DNA of 64,000 bases, taken from the NCBI GenBank assembly GCA_965203805.1, contig OZ241917.1, positions 896,001-960,000 of the forward strand, written 5' to 3'. The notes beneath the pieces were generated by a model. That model worked only from the letters and a program-made list of their open reading frames with translations. It was not told where the DNA came from and did no database searches. A program made the position numbers and the translations under genes. Numbering within the stretch: the stretch's first letter is position 1; each line of letters starts with the position of its first letter. Below, piece by piece: positions 57,213 through 64,000 of this stretch. The DNA comes from Candidatus Latescibacterota bacterium. Lineage in GTDB: Bacteria; Latescibacterota; UBA2968; GCA-2709665.

Positions 57213-57890
57213 TCACGTACCCTGTTCCGTGACGGTAACGTAGATGCTGTCCGACACGTTGACGCCCACCACGTGCTGAACGTCCCCTTCCAATGCGATG
57301 GTCATTGGGCCGTTAAACGGCGCCCTTTCCTTAACTATTAGCGTCACGCCCGGCCGCAACCCCAACGCGCCCAGGTACCTGAGCATTTCCGGACTCTGGT
57401 CGTTCACCTGGACGATCACGACCGTTTCGCCGGCCTCCACCTGGGTCAGAGGCACACAATCCGTACTCTCTATGTTTCCATCTTTCGTTGGAATCGGCGC
57501 ACCGTGAGGGTCGGTGGTGGGATGCCCCAACACGCGGTCGATCTTGTCCTCGAACTCTTCCGAAATCACATGTTCGAGTCTGTCTGCCTCTGCGTCGACT
57601 TCATCCCAGTCGTAGCCCAGTGCGTCGGCGAGGTACAGTTCCAGCAGTCGGTGATGCCTCAAGACTTCCAGGGCAACGGCTTCTCCCGCCGGTGTGAGTT
57701 CGACCCCCTGATAGGGCCTGTGCTGAACCAGGTTCATTTCCGCGAGCTTTTTAATCATATTCGTCGCGGAGGCCGCCGCCACCTCCATTCGTTCCGCAAC
57801 CAGCGACGTGTTCACGGAGGACCGGGGCTCATGCCCGTACTGCAGTTTGTATATGGATTTCAGATAGTCCTGCGCGGCCTGACTGAGCAT
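57213..57890 (-). CDS. DtxR/MntR-family metal-dependent repressor with C-terminal FeoA domain
   Basis: QDYLKSIYKL, RHHRLLELYL, EADRLEH, DPHGAPIP. Confidence 0.94.
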   Translation of the reverse strand: MLSQAAQDYLKSIYKLQYGHEPRSSVNTSLVAERMEVAAASATNMIKKLAEMNLVQHRPYQGVELTPAGEAVALEVLRHHRLLELYLADALGYDWDEVDAEADRLEHVISEEFEDKIDRVLGHPTTDPHGAPIPTKDGNIESTDCVPLTQVEAGETVVIVQVNDQSPEMLRYLGALGLRPGVTLIVKERAPFNGPMTIALEGDVQHVVGVNVSDSIYVTVTEQGT

Positions 57891-58006
57891 TTGTTCCCTT
57901 TATCAGGTACTCTCGCGGTAAAAGCGAAATTCCGGTGGCGTCATCGGCAAATCTCTCGGAGAACCCCATTCCTGATGAGCAGCCGATCCAGTGTTCTGAA
58001 CGGTCC

Positions 58007-59443
58007 TTATCCGGACACGAGCCGCCAGATCTGCGCCACGAGAAAACAAAACAGGAAACCCATTCCAACCGGGAGAAGCGATGCGATTGACGTCCACTTT
58101 GCGCTTCTCGTTTCCTTCCAGATCGTGTAGATGGTGGTTGAACAGGGATTGTGCACGAGACTGAACAGCATCAGATTGACGGCCGTGAGCAGAGTCCACC
58201 CGCCTGACGCGAAAATACCTGCGACCGCCGCGTTGGAGTCCAGTTCAAACATCACGCCCGCGCCGTCACCCAGCCCGGTCAACTTCGCGCTCAGAACCGT
58301 CAACATCAATATGGTGGGAATCACGATTTCGTTCGCCGGGACAGCAATGACGTAGGCCAGCAAAATGACGCCGTTCAGCCCGATAAGCAGACCAAATGGC
58401 TGGCTCCAGTTGATAAAATGCTCCGCGAGGCTGAACCCGCCCACAAGAATATTGGAACTCAGCCAGATGGCAGCGCCGGCGGGAATCGCAAAGATCACGG
58501 CGCGCCACAGTACAATAAGCGTTCTGTCGATGATGGACGTATAAACGGTCTGTAACACGCGGGGCGGCCGATACGGAGGGAGTTCCAGGCTGAACGCGGA
58601 TGCTTCTCCCCGAAGGACGGACCGGGAAAGCCCCCACGAAACGACAAACGAGAGCAGCACGCCAAGCACCGCGACACCCACAACCGCTCCGGCCGAAACC
58701 AGTCCCGCGAAGTGAGCCGGCGCCAGTCCGCCGATAAAAATCGTGGCAACCAGGATCTGCGTGGGCCAACGTCCATTGCAGAGAGAGAAATTGTTGGTTA
58801 TGATTGCAATCAGGCGTTCTCTGGGACTGTCTATAACCCGGGTGGAAACGATCGCCGCCGCATTGCAGCCGAATCCCATACTCATTGTCAACGCCTGCTT
58901 GCCGTGCGCGCCGGCTCTCTTGAACCACCCATCAAGATTGAACGCGACCCGGGGCAGATAGCCGAAGTCTTCCAGAAGCGTAAACAGTGGAAAGAAAATC
59001 GCCATGGGCGGCAACATCACGCTGACGACCCACGCCATGGCCAGATACATGCCGTCCACCAGAAGGCCATCGAGCCACCACGGCATTCCGATGGCCGCCG
59101 CCATCGATTTCAACGTCGGGTGAAGGGTGTCGATCAGGAGACCCGCCAGCATCGCGGAGGGCACGTTCGCGCCCTCGATGGTCAGCCAGAAAACCAGCGT
59201 CAGGATGCCCAGCATAATGGGGAAGCCCAGCCAGCGGCTGGTGACCAGTCGGTCGATTGTCCGGTCCAGGTCGAACCGGGCGGCATCTCCGGTTCGGGTG
59301 ACGGCGCGATCGGCAATCTGGGCTGCGTTCGCATAGATCGTTTCCATCAAGGAATCGTGGAAGTTCGACCCCACTTCCCATCGCAGCTTCGCGGCCAATC
59401 GAAGCAACCTCTCGGGGCGCCGATCCGGGGTTGGCACACTCAC
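58007..59443 (-). CDS. feoB: FeoB membrane (gate) domain as a stand-alone protein
   Basis: [40 protein letters not shown]. Confidence 0.92.
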   Translation of the reverse strand: MSVPTPDRRPERLLRLAAKLRWEVGSNFHDSLMETIYANAAQIADRAVTRTGDAARFDLDRTIDRLVTSRWLGFPIMLGILTLVFWLTIEGANVPSAMLAGLLIDTLHPTLKSMAAAIGMPWWLDGLLVDGMYLAMAWVVSVMLPPMAIFFPLFTLLEDFGYLPRVAFNLDGWFKRAGAHGKQALTMSMGFGCNAAAIVSTRVIDSPRERLIAIITNNFSLCNGRWPTQILVATIFIGGLAPAHFAGLVSAGAVVGVAVLGVLLSFVVSWGLSRSVLRGEASAFSLELPPYRPPRVLQTVYTSIIDRTLIVLWRAVIFAIPAGAAIWLSSNILVGGFSLAEHFINWSQPFGLLIGLNGVILLAYVIAVPANEIVIPTILMLTVLSAKLTGLGDGAGVMFELDSNAAVAGIFASGGWTLLTAVNLMLFSLVHNPCSTTIYTIWKETRSAKWTSIASLLPVGMGFLFCFLVAQIWRLVSG

Positions 59444-60249
59444 GCCGTCACCTCTTCTTCCTGCCCTGGAATTCGGTCCAGGCCGCCCAATTCACCGGAA
59501 CACACGGCTTCTGTAATCCGCGCGTCGCCTTCGAGAAGGCGCAGCGCCACCCACCGGGCATTCGGTACGTTGGGGAATTCTTCCTGCAGTTGCGCCACGA
59601 GTTTGCCAACGGCCTTCTTCAGCCCCGGGGGCTCGTGACGGATGCGTTGCGGCCTGCAGGCCGTTCGTCCTGTCGCCACGTCGCTCAAGACCCGCGTCAG
59701 TTCGGAAATGCCCTCGCCACGGCGGGCCGCTGCAGGTACCACGGGAACCCCCAGGTCTCGAGCCAGCCGTCGATCGTCCACGGAGAGTCCCTGACGACTG
59801 GCCTCGTCCATCAGATTCAGGCAGACCACCGCCCGATCGGTAATTTCCAGTACCTGCAGGACGAGGTTCAGATTCCGCTCCAGACGCACGGCGTCCACCA
59901 CCACGACCGTGACGTCCGGTCGTCCGAAAAGAATAAAATCCCGCGCCACTTCCTCGTCGAGACTGGTGGACAGCAGCGAGTAAGTTCCGGGAAGGTCCAC
60001 GATTTTGTACCGGTGGCCGTCTAAAGCGAATCCGCCTTCCGCCCGGACCACCGTCTTCCCGGGCCAGTTACCGGTATGCTGCCGAAGTCCGGTCAGGGCA
60101 TTGAATACCGTGCTCTTCCCCGTATTCGGATTTCCCGCCAGAGCAACTACAAAATCCCAATTCGCCATATTCACGCCGAGCTTGGTCAGATTGCCCGAAT
60201 GATGGGCAGGGCATACGTCACAGCTTCCGGCAGGCAATTTTGTTTCCAT
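59440..60249 (-). CDS. feoB: FeoB small GTPase domain as a stand-alone protein
   Basis: [27 protein letters not shown]; GTGA overlap with the membrane half. Confidence 0.92.
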   Translation of the reverse strand: METKLPAGSCDVCPAHHSGNLTKLGVNMANWDFVVALAGNPNTGKSTVFNALTGLRQHTGNWPGKTVVRAEGGFALDGHRYKIVDLPGTYSLLSTSLDEEVARDFILFGRPDVTVVVVDAVRLERNLNLVLQVLEITDRAVVCLNLMDEASRQGLSVDDRRLARDLGVPVVPAAARRGEGISELTRVLSDVATGRTACRPQRIRHEPPGLKKAVGKLVAQLQEEFPNVPNARWVALRLLEGDARITEAVCSGELGGLDRIPGQEEEVTA

Positions 60250-60303
60250 GGCAAACGCCTCCGCTCATTTCTATATCGTTCGGGAGCAGAAGATAACGAC
60301 TCC

Positions 60304-61329
60304 TCATTCCCCGAGCTGAACCTGAATCTGTACCTGATTTGCCTGTTCCTTTCGAAGTGCAATGGTGGAGCCGCGTATCCGATATGCGGTCGGATCCCCC
60401 GAAGGGCTGAGCATTTCCACCTCGATCCGGGTTCCCGGAAGGATTCCGAGATCCATCAACCGACGGCGTTCCAGACCGCGGCATGACCTGGAGAGTTGCA
60501 CGACACGGCCGACTTCGCCCCGTTTAAGGCCGGACAGCAGATCGTCGGACGACGCGCCTTCCGCCGCGTCGGACACCGCGGTGACTGAAATATGGTCGGC
60601 CAGCAGAGGGGCCAGTACATGTTCCTCGCCGTCGGCCCAGAACCGTACGCGTTGAGGAAGGACCTCGATCAGCTCGATACGCATCCCCACGTGCAGACCC
60701 TCCGCCGCCAGTTGGGCATAGACGGGTTCCGGCTCGTCTTCAATGTGTACGATCATCGCGGCAACGCCGACGGGGTGTTCCGTCAGGTGCGTGCCGCGCC
60801 TGGGCGCAATATCTCCGGCTTCGGTCGGGATCGGGTCCCCGTGCGGGTCGTACGTAGGATACCCCATCTGCCGGTCCAGCCGTTCCACCTCATCGGAAGA
60901 CATATCGTGCTCCCGGCGTTCCGCTTCGCTGTGCCACTCCGCCTCCGCCACCCCTGTCCGTTCCGCCAGATAGTGCTCCCAGAGCCGGTGAAACCGCAAG
61001 ATGCGGAGTGCATAATCCCGCCCCTGCGTCGTAAGCCTGACACTGCCACCGTCGGTAGCGGCCAGACCCAGCGCGGCCGCGCGTACCAGCAAGTCGGATG
61101 CGCGGCTGCGCGGAATTCCCAACGCCCCCGACAGGCTCTCCACGGTCGCGTCGTGCTGCTGGTATTCGCAATTGTAGATATGCTTCAGGAGATCTTCCGT
61201 CAGTACCCGTTCTGTCTGCCGGCGTGCCTGGCGCCATCGCAGGAAATACCCCGAATCCGGACGGAACAAAAACCATACAATTGCCAGAAATGCGCCAGCG
61301 ACCAGAAGCGCCTGGAGGGGGTCTGTCAT
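60304..61329 (-). CDS. DtxR-like regulator with N-terminal TM helix and two FeoA domains
   Basis: LLVAGAFLAIVWFLF TM; EDLLKHIY, HRLWEHYL, EAERREH, DPHGDPIP; RRLMDLGILPG...GDPTAYRIRG..IALRKEQA. Confidence 0.88.
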   Translation of the reverse strand: MTDPLQALLVAGAFLAIVWFLFRPDSGYFLRWRQARRQTERVLTEDLLKHIYNCEYQQHDATVESLSGALGIPRSRASDLLVRAAALGLAATDGGSVRLTTQGRDYALRILRFHRLWEHYLAERTGVAEAEWHSEAERREHDMSSDEVERLDRQMGYPTYDPHGDPIPTEAGDIAPRRGTHLTEHPVGVAAMIVHIEDEPEPVYAQLAAEGLHVGMRIELIEVLPQRVRFWADGEEHVLAPLLADHISVTAVSDAAEGASSDDLLSGLKRGEVGRVVQLSRSCRGLERRRLMDLGILPGTRIEVEMLSPSGDPTAYRIRGSTIALRKEQANQVQIQVQLGE

Positions 61330-61372
61330 TTCGGCTTCTCGCTATCGGGATTGATTTTATAAGGATAAAAAA

Positions 61373-61418
61373 ATATTTAGTCGTGTCTAAATATAAGACA
61401 ATAAGCCAAAATTGTCAA
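61373..61418 (-). promoter_or_regulatory. Feo operon promoter overlapped by a DtxR/MntR-type palindromic operator
   Basis: Minus strand TTGACA-17 nt-TATATT (61418-61390); palindrome ATATTTAG-TCGTGT-CTAAATAT at 61373-61394 overlaps the -10. Confidence 0.8.
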
Positions 61419-61570
61419 ATAAACAATGAAGCCGTGCCGTCCGGCAGAACGGCACGACATTGGATGCCAATCCTGACTTTAACCTTGATTCGTCAAAAAG
61501 ACGGCGCCGCACAGACTGGTTCTTCGGCGACCTCCTCAATCCACACGCCGCGGTCTCACGACAACGCCGA

Positions 61571-62053
61571 CTATCCCTCCCTGTCGACTGAATCCTCTTC
61601 GTACTCCCGTTCGCCGAAGAACTTCAACACTTCCAGGAACCGATCGGGCGGATGAAATCCGGGCATTTTGTAGAGCAGCGTCCCGTCCGGTTCGAGGATC
61701 AACACCGTGGGAAACCCGCTCACGTTGTAGATCTGCGCCAGTTCTGCAAAACTCAGGTCGTGACCCACAATCCTCAATCGCGACCCGGTGTCTTCCGCGT
61801 TCAGCCTGATGGGAATGAACTTCGATGCCAGGTACCTGCGGACATCTTCCCTGGAAAACACCTGACGATCCTGTCTTTCGCACCATCCGCACCACGTCGT
61901 ATAGACGCCAATCATCATCAGCTTGTTTCCACCCGCCGCCTTCCGGAAGCCGTCTTTGGCATTGTACCATCTGAATGAACCTTCCTCCTTAGCCACGGCG
62001 AGTCCGGCAAGCAGGAACCCCAACCACACACCGATCTGGAGGATATGTTTCAT
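61571..62053 (-). CDS. Exported thioredoxin-fold protein
   Basis: Signal peptide, WCGWC, GFPT cis-Pro loop. Confidence 0.88.
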   Translation of the reverse strand: MKHILQIGVWLGFLLAGLAVAKEEGSFRWYNAKDGFRKAAGGNKLMMIGVYTTWCGWCERQDRQVFSREDVRRYLASKFIPIRLNAEDTGSRLRIVGHDLSFAELAQIYNVSGFPTVLILEPDGTLLYKMPGFHPPDRFLEVLKFFGEREYEEDSVDREG

Positions 62054-62185
62054 AATAATAAACTCCCGCGGTCGATCCATGTCGGGCCGATTCGCGTTCC
62101 ATCAAGCGAAGTGGGGGTTCGAGACACTCGTTCTCATCAAGTTACGGAACTCGGTTGCGCCGGGCAACCGCGAAAATTCCGGATG

Positions 62186-62346
62186 GCGCCTTCGGACGGG
62201 ACCAAGAAAGACGTTGCGGTAACCGGCCAATGGGCAGATATTTCCATAACACCGTGGACCCGCCTGAGCCCTGAACCGGCGATGTGAAGTCTGCCGCTTC
62301 GGCGGGTACCGCGGCACAATTCCTCCAGGTTCCCGGCGAAGGGCGT
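62186..62346. ncRNA. Candidate structured RNA of unknown class
   Basis: Nested long-range stems found by eye (62186-62203 with 62328-62346; 62252-62264 with 62301-62314); no known family recognised. Confidence 0.35.
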
Positions 62347-62422
62347 ATGCACGAATGTTCCTGATGCCCGATCCGAACACCCGCCCGGGTCTCATTCGCC
62401 ATATTCATCCGAGGGTACGCTG

Positions 62423-63529
62423 ATGAAACCGATCAAGTCCGGTATCTTCATCATGCCGTTCCACCCACCGGGCAAAACGCTCGGCCAGTGCCATGACGAA
62501 GACCTGGAACTTGTGATTCGCGCCGACGAACTGGGCATCGATGAATTCTGGATTGGCGAGCATCATACCATGGTCTACGAAAACATCGCGATGCCCGAGA
62601 TATTCATCGGCGCGGCACTGCGCGAAACCGGGAAGATCCGGCTGGGCCCGGCGCCCGTGTGTCTGCAGCAACACCACCCGGCGCTTGTCGCAAGCCGGTT
62701 GTCGTTTCTCGATCATCTTTCCAAAGGGCGGCTTAACCTCTGCTTCGGACCCGGAAGCGTCCCGACCGACCTGGAAATCCTGGGTGTCGACCCGCAGGAC
62801 AGCGCTGCGATGGTCGCCGAATCGATCGAGATGATTCTCGGGCTCTGGCTGACGGATCCGCCCTATGATATCGATGGACGGTTCTGGCGGATCATGATGG
62901 ATCGCACCATCGACCCGGAGGTCGGCCTCGGGGTCATCCACAAACCCTATCAGCGACCTCATCCCCCGATCTCAATGCCAATCTCTTCGATGAACTCCGA
63001 AACGGCCCGGGAGGCGGGCAGGCGCGGCTTCCAGCCCTTCGGCCACAGCCTGATTCCATCGAACGTCCTGGCGAACATCTGGACCACCTACGAGCAGGCA
63101 GCCCTGGCGGCAGGGCACCGTCCGGACCGTTCGGACTACAAGATCGCACGGGCGATTTATCTGGCCGACACGACCGAGGAGGCGGTCAGACGTGCAAGGT
63201 CGAACACCGTGGCGGCCAATTTCGAATACATCGGCACGCTGCTCAAACGGGGCGGCAGGGGAATCGGCATGTTCAAGCGCGACCCCGATATGCCCGACGC
63301 GGACTGCAATCTGGACTACCTCATGGGCGAGCAGATCATCGCCGGCGACGTGGATACGGTTCTCGAACGGCTGCAGACCCTGCGAGCGGAGGTCGGTGAC
63401 TTCGGTACCCTTGTCATGATGTCATACGATTGGGACGATAAGGAAAGCTGGCTGCGCAGCCTCGATCTCTTCGCGAGAGACCTGATGCCCGCCCTGAACC
63501 GGTTGCCGCCCGCCGAACAGGTGGCGTGA
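62423..63529 (+). CDS. LLM-class (luciferase-like) flavin-dependent monooxygenase
   Basis: FIMPFHPP, ADELGIDEFWIGEHH, HHPALVA, LDHLSKGR, PYQRPHPP. Confidence 0.92.
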   Translation: MKPIKSGIFIMPFHPPGKTLGQCHDEDLELVIRADELGIDEFWIGEHHTMVYENIAMPEIFIGAALRETGKIRLGPAPVCLQQHHPALVASRLSFLDHLSKGRLNLCFGPGSVPTDLEILGVDPQDSAAMVAESIEMILGLWLTDPPYDIDGRFWRIMMDRTIDPEVGLGVIHKPYQRPHPPISMPISSMNSETAREAGRRGFQPFGHSLIPSNVLANIWTTYEQAALAAGHRPDRSDYKIARAIYLADTTEEAVRRARSNTVAANFEYIGTLLKRGGRGIGMFKRDPDMPDADCNLDYLMGEQIIAGDVDTVLERLQTLRAEVGDFGTLVMMSYDWDDKESWLRSLDLFARDLMPALNRLPPAEQVA

Positions 63530-63590
63530 GCTCCAACCGCGAACGGAATTCGAACGGTGACCTGTTTCGTGGACTGGACGCCGGAACGCA

Positions 63591-63624
63591 GAAAAGGCGA
63601 CGCCGCGAACGGCGTCGCCTTTTC
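63591..63624. terminator. Bidirectional intrinsic terminator
   Basis: GAAAAGGCGACGCCG-CGAA-CGGCGTCGCCTTTTC between convergent genes. Confidence 0.8.
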
Positions 63625-63655
63625 AGGTCAGAAACCAGGCGTTCATCCAGACCGC

Positions 63656-64000
63656 CTACTCCATCTTTTTCGCCGCCTTGATGGGAAATTCCTTTTCGAA
63701 CCTCTTCCTGTGATTCTGTTCCCACCCGTCGATTGACTCCCGAAGCGCCGCGACCATCTGGGGCTCGACCTGCAGCAGGTCCTTCATCTTGATGGGAAAC
63801 CTCTTGCCGTCAGGATAGAAACTCCCGTCGACCACCAGTTCCTGGAGAAAGGGATACGCGGACACCAACTCACCGGGCGAAGGATGCAGCGGAGTGACGC
63901 GCGTATGAACCTTTAACCCCATATAGGTAAGGTGGCTGAATCCCATCCGGAACCGGACGTGAGCGCCCACCTTGTTCACGCGCACTTTGTGGCCTGCGTA
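63656..64000 (-). CDS. Hypothetical protein, C-terminal part (start outside window)
   Basis: Open frame to the window edge ending at TAG just before the terminator; no motif recognised. Confidence 0.55.
   Translation of the reverse strand, partial: YAGHKVRVNKVGAHVRFRMGFSHLTYMGLKVHTRVTPLHPSPGELVSAYPFLQELVVDGSFYPDGKRFPIKMKDLLQVEPQMVAALRESIDGWEQNHRKRFEKEFPIKAAKKME

Noticed and set aside
57913-57931. Second MntR operator upstream of the soluble regulator (TTTCGC-N7-GCGAGA)
   Set aside because: An imperfect palindrome unlike the 61373 box, with no clear promoter beside it
59440-59443. feoB frameshift pseudogene
   Set aside because: The junction has a GGAGG RBS and a GTGA start/stop overlap typical of translational coupling, and both halves are intact
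62132-62186. SAM-I riboswitch (CTCATCAAG...GGCAACC...AATTCC...GATG)
   Set aside because: It lacks the P2 kink-turn GAGGGA/GGCCC element and GGTGC; GGCAACC is simply one arm of a local hairpin
1-64000. CRISPR array, IS/transposase, integrase, prophage or rRNA
   Set aside because: No regularly spaced repeats and no recognisable motifs were seen on reading the sequence and the ORF track

Overview
GC-rich bacterial chromosomal window, mostly encoded on the minus strand. The short RpoD-type sigma factor, the bS22 small protein, the many sulfatase/enolase/Gfo genes and a secreted protein ending in a dockerin/EF-hand-like 'DFxxFAxxFG' tail suggest an FCB-group lineage such as Latescibacterota/Gemmatimonadota-like (inference only). 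In order, it holds: a molybdenum hydroxylase operon (FAD, 2Fe-2S and two tandem Mo subunits); an ABC-2 exporter; lexA with a candidate operator; a lower-GC accessory patch at ~11.1-15.4 kb (orphan antitoxin, SLATT-like 2TM protein plus Pro-rich sORF, REP-like palindromes, PP2C, truncated CLec/FGE-domain gene, degenerate tRNA 3' end); two tRNA-Pro and one tRNA-Arg; an MlaE-F-D operon extended by two paralogous FG-GAP proteins, one with four CxxCH motifs; HU-bS22; a heterodimeric ABC exporter; a sugar/amino-sugar enzyme cluster; PPK2, lysC, hprK and map; and a split-FeoB operon with two DtxR/MntR regulators and a clear operator. A candidate structured RNA lies at ~62.2 kb. No CRISPR array, transposase, integrase or reverse transcriptase was seen. 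The best novelty candidates are the heme-bearing Mce/Mla operon, the split Feo system with a membrane-anchored DtxR-FeoA fusion, the SLATT-like/sORF pair, the LexA box and the structured RNA. All are unverified without searches.
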